Translations under genes and position numbers: made by a program
Shown here: one piece after another, positions 21,070 to 32,430 of the stretch
Numbering within the stretch: position 1 is the stretch's first letter
Layout: each line of letters opens with the position of its first letter
The notes under the pieces: generated by a model
Seen by the model: only the letters and a program-made list of their open reading frames with translations
The model's database searches: none
Told to the model about the DNA's origin: nothing
Source of the DNA: Tubulanus polymorphus
Lineage: Eukaryota; Animalia; Nemertea
Direction of reading: 5' to 3'
Length of the DNA stretch: 64,000 bases
NCBI RefSeq assembly: GCF_964204645.1
Contig: NC_134025.1
Location: forward strand, 2,418,001-2,482,000

Positions 21070-21867
21070 TTTTCTAGAATTCACAGCACTTTCTAGCTTC
21101 CTATTAGTGACGTTTAATTGAAAACAGTCCTGATAAAAAAAAGCATATTGAAACGTACGGAATGATGATAGCAGTAGCAGGCCTGTATTAAATACCGTCA
21201 ACCCACGACCACCCGTCTAAATTTTGAATCCATGATTACCAAAATTTTATTTAACTGTTCAATCAAAACATATTCAGAGAGATATCACTCACCTCAATTA
21301 TCCATTCTTAAGACACTGGTCTAATTGAGTGGAGGATAATCGAGTTTTTTTTTTAGAAATTTCATTGATTGATTAGAATTTGATAAATGTCATGGATGGA
21401 TGATTTTTTATTTTGACAGTTGTACTGTAGTAAACATTTTCCCTGCCCCTACTAGCAGGCCGTTTAACATGAATCAGCAAAACTTACATTTGAATTGCCA
21501 CAATCTTCAATAAGAGGTGTTTCTATCAGTCTACGTGGATAACATTGTAATTAGAAACCCATCTTTTGTTTTTATTGAATATGAGGTTCAGCTTTTAATT
21601 ATCAGTCCGTCCTAGTTCCATCTATTTCCTGTTCCGGGTCTGAACGTACTAATTACTAACGTTAACGTTAATCAAAACAGAACTCACAAATTATAGCAAT
21701 TTATCATTTTATACAAAGAAAAGCTATATTCTGGGGGTGCATTAAAGGTGAATTAGGAATTTATGGTAAATACCCTCGAGAATGTGACTGGATTATCTAT
21801 GTTTTTTAGTTTAATAAATGCGGTTATCGGTTAGAGTCCGTTGCCGATGTCCGCCCGTTGGACGAAA

Positions 21868-24800
21868 ATGGCGGCTTGTTTGCAACGAATTGGAGAAAAT
21901 ATTAGAAAATACAAAACGATTTCTCTTCATAATCGCAATGAGGTATGTGGTCTATAGGTATCGAACTAGTGTAGTTGTGAGTCAGGTGTGACCGCAGTGG
22001 TTGGTGACTCTGGTGACATACCCTGCAGATTGAGGGACATTCAAATCCACGTATATTTTAATTTCCTCGCTCGACCACCATCGTCCATGTCAATCTCTTC
22101 TTTTGGACTTGAACTTACTTCTTTTTGACTTATCCCGTGGGTGAATACTTTTTCAGGTTGTGATCGGCCGAGCTCCAAATGCAGATGTGACATTGACAGC
22201 CACAGTAATATCGAGGCAGCATGCAGTCATGAAAAAAAAACCGAACAATGAATGGACTATAGTTGATATGGTAAAGATTTTTTGAAGATGATCTGCCCCT
22301 GAATAGTCTAAAGGTTTAGATATTAATTCATTCTACTACTATTACAGAAAAGTATGAATGGAATCTTTGTAAATAACATGAGATTGAAGCCTGATGAGCG
22401 TTACGAGTTAAAGAATGGCGATATAATACAACTAGGTATACCACCGATACCCGATAGTCCAGCGGAATTCATCTTTAAATATTGCTGTCTTTCTCACGAT
22501 GAAAGCAACGAATGTTTAAACCTTAAACGAAAACGATCGGAAGATTTGCAACGAGAGGAGGAATTGCATAAGAAAATGAAGCTCGAACAGGTATAGACAT
22601 ATATTAGATTAAACGAGCTTGTTACAATAAACACGAGGAACTGACTCCACAGTTGTGGTGGGTTAAGATACGACTGGGGTTAACCTTGGTGATTGTTATA
22701 ACCGATTGTTCATTTGTATACAATGTAAAATTATTGAAATTTACCCATTCGGGATGAAATTCTAGGTTTGTCGGATAAATGATAAGGAAAGAGGTTCCAC
22801 TGCGTATCGTCGGATTATGAGAGATGTGTTTCTTAAACTGTCAAAATATGTTTTTAAAGGAAAAGTTAAAAGAAGAAGCTGAAAGGCTGCGCATGGAATC
22901 GGCGCAGAAATTGAACGAAATGCAAATATTACTCGAGCAGAAAGAAGCAGAGAAAGCGAATACTATAGAACTGATGAAAGAAAAAGAGGAAAAGGTTGAG
23001 TTCAATTTATCAATCAATCGGAAAATGATATATATATATAGACCGGAAAAGTTGAAACTTTTTGGCTTAATGCTAGTTTAGCCTTGAAACAATCCCTCAC
23101 TTTAGTTGTGTAGAGTTTTGATAAAAGTGAATGGCTGGTGTTTGTTTATCGTCTCTTGTGAAGTCTCGACGATCATGAATTGCAAGAACGCTTATAGAAT
23201 GTGTTAGGATACACAGGGTGACCACGAATCTGGAAAACAGGGAAAACACGGGGAAATGATTTTTCTCAGGGAAAACACGGGGAAATTGGTAAAAATCTGG
23301 AAAACACATTGGGAAATTACTTTTGTCTCGCACGCGCGTTTTCACCGCGAATGTTTACAATTGTCTACCTGATTATATATCGAGGATCATATGGTAAGTA
23401 ATTCAAAGTTAGAGCGCCACTTTCTAACAAATTTGTAAAATCACAGCGGAGCTATATCAGACGATAGGCTGCTTGTCTTTAATTTTATATTTGTCATGGT
23501 CTCCATATGACGCCCAGCACAGGGAAAATCAACTTTTCACAGGGAAAACACAGGGAATTTGCAAGTGGGTGGTTTGTGGTCACCCTGATACAGGTCGCAT
23601 GTAGATTAGATATAATCGTTAAACCAGTACGCGTTTCATTATTACAGGAGAATCTCGCGAAAGAAGCGATTCAGGAGGCGGAGAAAAAGCTGAACGATCT
23701 GACGAAACTTTTGGCTGAAAAAGAAGCCGAAAAAGAAACCACGCTTCATATAATGAAACAGAAAGAAGAAACGATGAAAGATGAATTAATGGAACAACAG
23801 GTGAAATAAAACGATTCTTTTGCTCTTCATAGAATAAAAACGTAGGCGGTAAGGCTAAAAAAAATTGATACCTTGTTTCTCCGCTCTGCTGAGCTTAAAT
23901 GTTAACCTGGCCGGCCGCCTATCTACCCTATACATTACTTTTTTTAAAATCGTGATCAATTTTACCCTAACAGACCCGGCCGCTATAGAAATGAACTGTT
24001 TACAAATTTTATCATATTTTACAAAAATGACCCGGCCGCTGCGGAGAAACAAGGTATCATTTTTGTTTAGCCTAACAATAACATTTTTGGATTGCAGAAA
24101 AAATTAGAGGACGAACGAAAAGCATTTACTGAGACTTTAGAAAAACAGCTGAAAGAGAAAGAAGAATTGTTGATGCAGAAACTACAAGCCGAACGCGAAT
24201 CATTGCTGGCTGTTAAAAAACAAGTCGAGGACAAATTAAAACAAGAAATGGAACAAAAATTAGAAGAAAAAGACAAATCTTTACAGAATGAGTTGGAGAA
24301 AGAGCGTGAAAAACTGTCGAAAATTATACGAAACAAGGAATTAGAACAGAAAATGTTGGAAAGTCAGTTACAGGCTACGAAACAGGAAAATGAAAAACAA
24401 CAAGAGACGATGCTTCTTATTAAAAAGAACGTGTTATCAGATTTCACTGAATTGATGGAAACTGAATTACAGTGTAGTATCTGTAACGAACTGTTCATTC
24501 AGGTAACAAACATCAGTTCTATGAATGATTTCGTTACAGTACACTCAGATCTTACTGGATCAATGACAGGGTCCCTACAACTCCTTGAATCCTTGAAAAC
24601 TCCTTGATTTTTTTATATATTTTTCAAGGTCCTTGAAAATCCTTTAATTTTGAGAAATATCCATAAACTCCTTGAAACTCCTTAAATTCTGGGAAAGTCC
24701 TATTAAAAATTTTCAAAAGGTCCTTTCTAGAAGACAGTGTATTCTATTATTCTTCATTGTGTGACTTGTGAGTGAAAGTTGTTTCACTTTGAGATTTAAA

Positions 24801-26433
24801 ACATTTAAACATGTAAAACCAAAACGGCACACACAACAACTGATCAAAATTTGAGAAAAACATGGATTTTGTTTTTGAATTTTCGACTTTTTTCCTTATA
24901 TATGACCGCGAAAACCTTGAATTTTGAAAATTACTCCTTGAAAATTCCTTGAATTCTTGATACCAGGAATTGTAGGAACCTTGAATGATGAACTTTCTCT
25001 GTGGCAGTACGCGACAGGGTTCTTACACAGATCGGGGAAATATTAGGGAATTTTGAATTTGGAAGTGAATTTTGGGGCTCTCGGAGAATTTTAGATATTT
25101 TGTTCATGGCCCACGTGATAATTCGAAGTAACAAAGACAAGCGCGTGACTGGATCTAGATTTAATACAGCTGACACTTACCTAGAAATCAGGGAAAAGTC
25201 AGGGAAACTTCCTGTCTTTAAAAAGTCAGGGAATTTTGTAAAAAAGAGCTATAAATCAGGGAAAATCGTTGAGATTGTTAGATGGCACGTATGGTCAAAC
25301 AGTTTCTGACCATGTTGACTGTACACATATAACTGTGTTAATTGATTGGATTCTTAGCAGATCAAGTCGGGGAAAACAATGCTCATGTCAGCAGGGAATA
25401 GTCGGGGAAAAAGCAAGTCGAATAAAAGTGGCCGCCCTGTAATAGTAAACGTAATTACTGATGAGTACGAGTTTGAATTTTCAGGCGACGACGTTGAACT
25501 GTTCGCATTCGTTTTGTGCGTTGTGTATATCTCAATGGATGTCGAGAAAGAAACAATGTCCGATTTGTCGCGGTCGTATAACGTCTCATCAACGCGCGAT
25601 TGTACTCGATTCATACATCGATAAAATGGTCGAACATCTCGACGAGGACATGAAGAAAACTCGCGCCGCAATCATTGAAAGCCGCAAAGGTATCGCTAAA
25701 TAGATCACAGGTATAAATGAAATGCTTCAGCAGAAAATTCATTTCGAGTTTTCTTCCGAATTTTTAATCATCACTGTATCCTTGTTATTAGAAAACGGGG
25801 TCCAATTTCATGAACGATTGTTTAATCTTGAAATAGTGAAGCTTATTTTGAATATCTGAAGTGAAAAGGTCAAAAATTCGACTCGTGAAATTGGACCTGA
25901 TTGGTCGTAAGAATTCGTTAATTTCTGATGATTTAAAATTGCCAGATATAAAAATTGGGACTGTGAAAGTGGGCCCCCTTTCATTTCATTCATCAACACA
26001 AATTAATGCTTAGTTTTAATACACCGGGTTATAATCTGCTTTCTCTGTTACAGATGTTAAACTTGTTTTCGCTTGAGCATTTCATTGTTTTCATGTTAAA
26101 TCCTCGTCAGAGTTACGTCTGATTTCTGTGCATGCTGAAGCCTATAATCAATATCAGGATCCACGGGTCGCTAACTTCGTATGAATATTCGGGCTTGAAT
26201 TCGTAGTGTTTCGTTTGTATTTCACAGATGATATGGCTCAATTCAAGAATAATAACGTAGAAATTGGCGCGTCGAATGACGATCCACTTGTTATTACTGA
26301 TGATGATGATGATGATGAGAATGATTCACCAGAAGAGGAGGAAGATGATGATGATGAATGTGAATATTACGGTTATAGGCATCGATACTATGATACTGAC
26401 AGTGATAGCGATGAAGAAAACGATTATTACTGA
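21868..26433 (+). CDS. RNF8: E3 ubiquitin ligase RNF8 (FHA - coiled coil - RING)
   Basis: FHA (VVIGRAP...ISRQHA...KSMNGIFVN), E/K-rich coiled-coil exons, and RING ELQCSICNELFIQ|ATTLNCSHSFCALCISQW...CPICR followed by VLDSYIDKMV. Confidence 0.93.
23214..23587. mobile_element. MITE with CAGGGT termini and 5-bp TSD
   Basis: cagggtgaccac ... gtggtcaccctg; TSD ataca on both sides; subterminal gggaaaacac repeats. Confidence 0.85.
23853..24072. mobile_element. MITE with GG..CC termini and TAA TSD (Zator/Harbinger-like)
   Basis: ggctaaaaaaaattgataccttgtttctccgc ... gcggagaaacaaggtatcattttttgtttagcc, flanked by taa. Confidence 0.8.
24567..24983. mobile_element. MITE, copy 1 of a family also at 44860-45295
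   Basis: cagggtccctacaa ... ttgtaggaaccttg; TSD aatga; ctccttgaa subterminal repeats. Confidence 0.9.
25015..25439. mobile_element. CAGGGT-type MITE remnant (right end shared with 50540-50692)
   Basis: Starts cagggtt, contains tcagggaa repeats, ends gaataaaagtggccgccctg. Confidence 0.6.
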
Positions 26434-26486
26434 GAATTTATTGAATTTCTATTTTGTGACAATTTTTGCTTTTATATACACAGTTA

Positions 26487-26624
26487 CAGTCAAACTCGGA
26501 TAAGTCGTCACATCACTTAAGTTGTGACTATTTTTGAGTCTGAATCGTTTATTTCGGGTTTCAATTTACGAAGTCGTCAAAATAATGTTCATCTCAGTTA
26601 TGACTACTTTGAAGAGTTTGACCG
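26487..26624. mobile_element. Tc1/mariner-pogo-type MITE in the RNF8 3' region
   Basis: TA-cagtcaaactc ... gagtttgaccg-TA. Confidence 0.6.
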
Positions 26625-27404
26625 TATTCTGAACACAGCTATTTGGTTGTGTACGAGTGCAATATGGTTAAAATATCTCTGTAAATAATTAAAATCTACT
26701 GCTATTTGTTGTTTGTTTGTAAAGTTTTACATTTAGAGGTAATTCATTAAGTACATCGCTCCCTTGCTTGGAATTAAATACGTTGAGGGAGGAGAGTAGA
26801 AACTTTTGATCAAAATTGTGCGTATATTCTTTAATAACAACAGTTGTTGTTAGGTTTAGATATTGTTATTTGGAGAATAGATTTGCGTATATTATGTTTA
26901 TATCGATGAGTTAATGATAATGTTTTTATGTACAGACTCTGTATATATTTGTTAATACATGTACAAGGTATTTAGAATTACATAAATATAATTTTTTATG
27001 GAAATCAAATCTCTTCAAAATCACTTAGATGAGGATAAGAACTTCTTAACTAACTTTGGTAATGGACTATATAGTAGTGCATGGTCATTGGAGCTGCAAA
27101 TTCGCCATCCTGGATTTAGATTCAACATTCGAAATTGAAAAAGAACAACATTTCAGACTAAAACATATATTCTTCATAACATTAATACAAATTATTTTTC
27201 TCTCAATAATTACATCGTCAAAATTTCGCCGATTTAAGTCAATAAATTATACACGTATCATCGTGATTAAAAAGTGCTTAAAACATGCGTAAAATCTAAG
27301 AACTACACTCGCTAGATTGATCGTTATGACGCCTTCGCCTTTTACAATATTCTCCGTTATGATGCGATGGCAGCGTTACCGAAGAAGGGCTATTACTGTA
27401 TTTT

Positions 27405-29402
27405 TTATGCATCGATTCTTTCCATTGCTGTCGTTCTTGTAGAAATCTAGACATACTGTAGCTGTGGTTCTGAAATGAGATATTTACGATAAATTAATCT
27501 CTACGCGTACATCATTAATGTACCGGGGTTTATGAACATTTTGATATCTTACTCGGTCAGTTATTTTCCGCCTTCCCGCAGTTATTTCTCTTCCGTGCTG
27601 TAAATCAATAATATCAATCAATAATTCAATTAATGTAGATAGCTCGGTCGCATGCACCAGCTAGGCAAGATATTTTCAAATTTACAGATTTCTTTTGGAA
27701 AGACTTAATTTCTCTGGTCGTTATTTACATTTCAGTGAGATATTTTACACTTACGATGTTCATCACTTTGTTGAGTTGTGATTTGTAATCGAAGAACGAA
27801 CTATTTGCCATTTGGTGAAATGAACCTGCGAATAACTTTTCAAAATTCGGCCGCGACGCTTCATTTTCATGATTAGGATTCTCCCACCAGGGAACGAATC
27901 CCGGTATTCCACTGGATGGGCCGCTCTCATGGAAAAAATCACTCTGTTCATCATCACCTACCAGTAAAAATTAATTTTCTTTTAGTCAAACTTGTCATAG
28001 TCCTCGGCGTAGTGAAGTTCACAACTTATCCAAATGGCGGCTTAAACTTAGTAAATCAAAGCAGAAATAAGTGGGTCTTAGTTACTCACCATCCCTGCCT
28101 CCTTCATCGAATGTAATAAATCCTGTATCACTATCACTGCTGCTCAGAGATGAACTACTTAATCTAGAAAACATTTATCAAAGATCGGATTAAAATTTTA
28201 ATTTCTAAGTAGCTATTTTGATGGACCTGAGGAAACCGAAAGATTCAGATATCGACCGACTCATTCAACCGTAGAACTTTATTCTATCAGTATTCTACAA
28301 GCTTATGGAAATATTTTCAGACTTTACATTATTTTTTCCATAATTATTGTGGGATTCTCTATAGTGATACAGGGTCCGATCTAAGTACTTGTCCGATTGC
28401 CCGGGACAAGTAAATTCTCATCAGGGCGAGTAGGTTATCATTATCACTTGTCCCCCGGGCTAATTTTATGTCACAAAGCTTTTATTCCATTCGATACAAC
28501 GGATGATAGTGCCACCAATCGGACTGCCTGTGAAGGGGAAGTAGCTTTTGGAGGGGCAAGTGGAATTTCAGATATGCTGCCCCCCCCGGGCAGGTGGTTT
28601 TCATCCCATAGATTGGACCTAGTCTAGTACCTAGCCGTTGTTCCTGAAACAACGGAACCGTAACAATGACTGGTATTCAGACTAGATTGGACCCTGATGA
28701 TACATACACAGTAGACATGGCTTCACATGTATTCTCTAGGAGATCATGGTCGACACTGGTTCCGCTATATTTATAAGTTCGTTTACGTTTTCCCAGTTTT
28801 AAGTAAGTCGTTACCGTCGCCGTGATTCCATCCTGCTCCATAAACTGCTGATCGATCGAATCGCATTTCATTTCCGCGTCGTCGTTGAGTATCGTCGAAT
28901 CTTTCGGACGTTTAGGGCTTCGTTTGTGTCGTTTTTTTTCGAGTCGACCGTTCGACGAGGACGTACTCGGTACGGGTACAATCGGATCGATCGCCATGTG
29001 TTTGAATTTACGCCGGCGTCTGTGCGGTCTGAGCTGAGATACGGAATCAGTAACGGAGTCCGACTCGACGACCATTAGATGAGAACTGAGAGGTAATGTC
29101 GACGGTTTCGCCGGTGGATCGCTGCACATTATACTCATCTCATCGGAATCACTAGCGCACAAATTAACGATCACTTTATAATCCTTCAACGCCTCGTCTA
29201 AACTGCTCTCCGACGCTTCGCTGATATTTCCTATTCCGTGGTCGGAATGACTATTGTTCGGAAAATGACGACGCCGGGTTTTCCCCTTACTGCTCTTAGG
29301 ACGACATGTTCGTAGATCTGATACAGTCGAAATACTGTCGCTACTTTTAGCTTTAGTTTCTTCCAAAGCCAAACTTAAATCATGCACCAATTCATCCATC
29401 AT
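27405..29402 (-). CDS. GPATCH2: G-patch domain-containing protein 2 / 2-like homolog
   Basis: MDELVHDLSLALEE start, SEASESSLDEALKDY, ESDSVT, RRRRKFKHMAID, SSSDSDTG...DEGGRDGDDEQSDFFHE and VPWWE are hallmarks of GPATCH2/2L. Five coding exons ending RQQWKRIDA*. Confidence 0.85.
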
Positions 29403-30354
29403 TCGTTATTCATCTGTCTGATGCTAATAAAAACCTTTCAAAGTTTCTGGAACCTGGGAACCACCCCGACCGATAACCTGTTCATGATTCCATACGAAAA
29501 CGGAGATGATCTTTTGGATTACAGATCTTTGACGTGATTTTAGGTTCCATGACATTTATTTGTAACATTTGTCAAATGTGCAACATAAATAATAGCCGGA
29601 CTAGGACTTCTATATAAGATGGGACGGAATCCGAGGTTCTAATCCGAATTTTCACTTTTGTAGCGCAACCAGTCAAATCTGCCTGAGGTTAGACTGGTTG
29701 CCTGTCCGATTCAATATCGAGATAGATTCCGGTAACCAGTCTACATAATGTTTGGACGCTAACAGGGAACCGCTCCGGGTTGGGGCTTCTTGTCAACACT
29801 AACCTAATGGCTTGCTCCATTGACTAGAAATACATGAAGTAGCCTTTTCCTTCCACTTGTAATTCTCACACGCTAGACATTTTTTCGGCAAATAAAGATT
29901 TTAATCAGTTTAAAGCCGTGAACGCATTCGCTTCCATGTGACACGGAGCATGACTGACAAGTAGGTGCACTACTATGCCAGTTGCCATTTGCTAGTTGGG
30001 CTTGTTGCCAATTGCTAGTTGTCAAATGCCACTTGCTAGTTGAAAATTTTTTCATAATAATTCATCCTGGCAAGATCAAACTTGATTTGGTCTTTGAATT
30101 TAACACGGCATCAAATTCAAATCGATTTGTCAAATCATCAAATCACCCCCGGAGGCGATTTGATACGATTTGAAGATAGTGGACTCACAAATTTTTTGTC
30201 GAAAAACTGATATCAATGTCAAAACTGAAAGAGAAACCTGAAACCCATTCATGGGAAATAATATTTTGAAAAGTGGGACAGTATTTTCTTGTCAGCCGTT
30301 TGGAACAAGACGTCAAATTCATCCCGTTGTGCAAATCTTATTTGATTAGATTAA

Positions 30355-30490
30355 ACGTGACTAGCAAATTATGATTAGGAAAATCAAATCTGATTTGACA
30401 AGATAAATTCGCCTCTTATTTCATAAGATTACACGTGACTAGCAAATTACAATTAGGCAAATCAAATCTGATTTGACCAGATAAATTCGC
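30355..30490. repeat. Tandem duplication with ~78-bp period
   Basis: acgtgactagcaaatta...aatcaaatctgatttgac.agataaattcgc occurs twice. Confidence 0.75.
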
Positions 30491-30643
30491 AAAAATAATA
30501 TCAACGCGGGTCGGGGTCGGGTTCAGACGGGCTTGTCACAATTTGATGGAGGAGTGGATGATACCAGTATCCCTATATAAAAAAGATTCTTGTTTATATA
30601 GGGATATTGGCCTATCATCCATCCTCCATCAAAATTAATAAAC

Positions 30644-30835
30644 TGTAACGAGGTCCTATTCTGCCTGTTCCACAGTAGAAGTTTCCTCCAAATATCGACT
30701 CTGAGAGCCCAAAAACCAGTAAAAAGGCGGACAAAAGATATTAACACAATCACCTATTGTTCTGTATTTTCGAGAGAGAGGGCAGCACCCTCCAGTTACA
30801 ACATAGAAAACGACTGATGGACATATTCCATCACA
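30644..30835 (-). repeat. 3' LTR
   Basis: Identical by eye to 38359-38550. Confidence 0.97.
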
Positions 30836-30847
30836 CCACCCCCCTTC
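30836..30847 (-). promoter_or_regulatory. Polypurine tract
   Basis: Minus strand AAGGGGGGTGG-like tract abutting the 3' LTR. Confidence 0.85.
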
Positions 30848-31350
30848 AACTTGTTCAAACTCCTATTTGAACAGGAATATATAGTCAAAATATCTACACA
30901 AATTAAATTATAGTCCTTATTATAGTATATTAAGCTCCAAACTTCTCGGCTCTGGATACAGTAGACATCTAACATGGCGTAGTCGTTGTTTCGCATTAGG
31001 GTTGCATCTCAGTGATGATAATACATGCAGCTTTCGATCTTCACTAATGGTTTGTGGTTTGTTTTCGGGGCGCACCTAAGCGTAGTGTCTAACCAAAAAT
31101 ATCTATACCATCAAAAGGTAGATACGGCCAATGGACACTGCACTTGGCTTGCCCCTCTGCCACTGTTCCTCGTCCTGAGAAGCTGAAAAATACAATCAAA
31201 AGAAAACGGAAAGAAACTGTTCGCAATGGGGTGTGCTACATCTGGGGGGTCACGTGTGGTAGTATTTGGACTGAATGGCTTTTTGTCACTAACATTACAA
31301 AGAATAAGCGACTCCAGGTGAACCATCGTTAGGTACCGAAGGAAACACAT

Positions 31351-32184
31351 TCAGGCGCGATCTACCACACGGATTATTTCCCGACAGACATAGTGCATGG
31401 CCGACTTTTTGTAGTGGATCCCCACAAAATCAGAATCCGGGATATCTGGATGGTCGGCCTGTTGGAACCCGGCACGGAGGGCGAAGACGTTAACCCGGTT
31501 GATGTTGTTTACCCGATTGTGGTCACCACGCCAGCAAGGAGGGACAGGGGTCTGTAGGTGGAAAAGGGGAACAGAAGGGTGCTTGCCCTTGAGTAGCGCC
31601 AAAACTTCCGCCAACTCCTCTGTCGTCCTGCCATAATCGCCGGCATGGTTCATACCATGCGTGACCACAATCGCTCTTGCCCTAAAGGATACATGTGGGA
31701 GGTACTCCAACAAATCACCGAGTCGTTCACCAGGGTGGCAAATTGGAATCAAACCGCCGCTGGCCTTTAGCCCCGTAAACATCGAGTCTCCCAGCAACAC
31801 GATTGGTAAGTCCTCAACTGCCCTCTGTTTCAAGTCTCCAAGTTTCGACCAGATGTACGAGGAGTCACCACCACATTCGGCCAGGGCGTTCACTAGTTCC
31901 TGGCTGATGTACTCAAATGCAGCTGTGCTCATCTTCGGCCGAAAACGTCGGGTCTTTGTCGTCTTGAGACCGGTTACTACCGCACCGGTTACTATGCGAC
32001 CAGGATCCTCCACAAACGACTGTTCTACGGCAGAGTTATAAAGTCTGCCCATCTTGGCTCTCAATTCGCTGAGGGTCTTGTCCTGTCTGTGAAGGGTGGA
32101 ACAGACTTCTTTCGAGACCTGCCGTTTAAGGGTCTGTGTCGCCTCGTGGAGGCTAGATAACTGGTCTAACTCGATACAGTCCAT
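31351..32184 (-). CDS. Gypsy ORF3: coiled coil + SGNH/GDSL hydrolase-like domain
   Basis: IVLLGDSM (block I), HPG (block II), THGMNH (block III), DFVGIH (block V-like); heptad-like N-terminus; intact 277-aa ORF between pol and the PPT. Confidence 0.8.
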   Translation of the reverse strand: MDCIELDQLSSLHEATQTLKRQVSKEVCSTLHRQDKTLSELRAKMGRLYNSAVEQSFVEDPGRIVTGAVVTGLKTTKTRRFRPKMSTAAFEYISQELVNALAECGGDSSYIWSKLGDLKQRAVEDLPIVLLGDSMFTGLKASGGLIPICHPGERLGDLLEYLPHVSFRARAIVVTHGMNHAGDYGRTTEELAEVLALLKGKHPSVPLFHLQTPVPPCWRGDHNRVNNINRVNVFALRAGFQQADHPDIPDSDFVGIHYKKSAMHYVCREIIRVVDRA

Positions 32185-32430
32185 GCTAGAAACGATAAAT
32201 AGTTCAAAACATGAGTTGGCTGCAACGACAAGACTAAATGGCGGAGATTCCGTTCATTCAGATACCATCCGAATCATGCAAGGTGGGTGGTCCCAAGCAT
32301 ACCATCAGGAGGTGCAAGGGGTCTGAAATCCTAGTCACCACCAGTTACAAATGATAATAAACTGTCTACTAAAACTAAGTAAATATATAGGCAGGGTTAT
32401 ATACAAGGGTACTAAATATATATATAGGAT

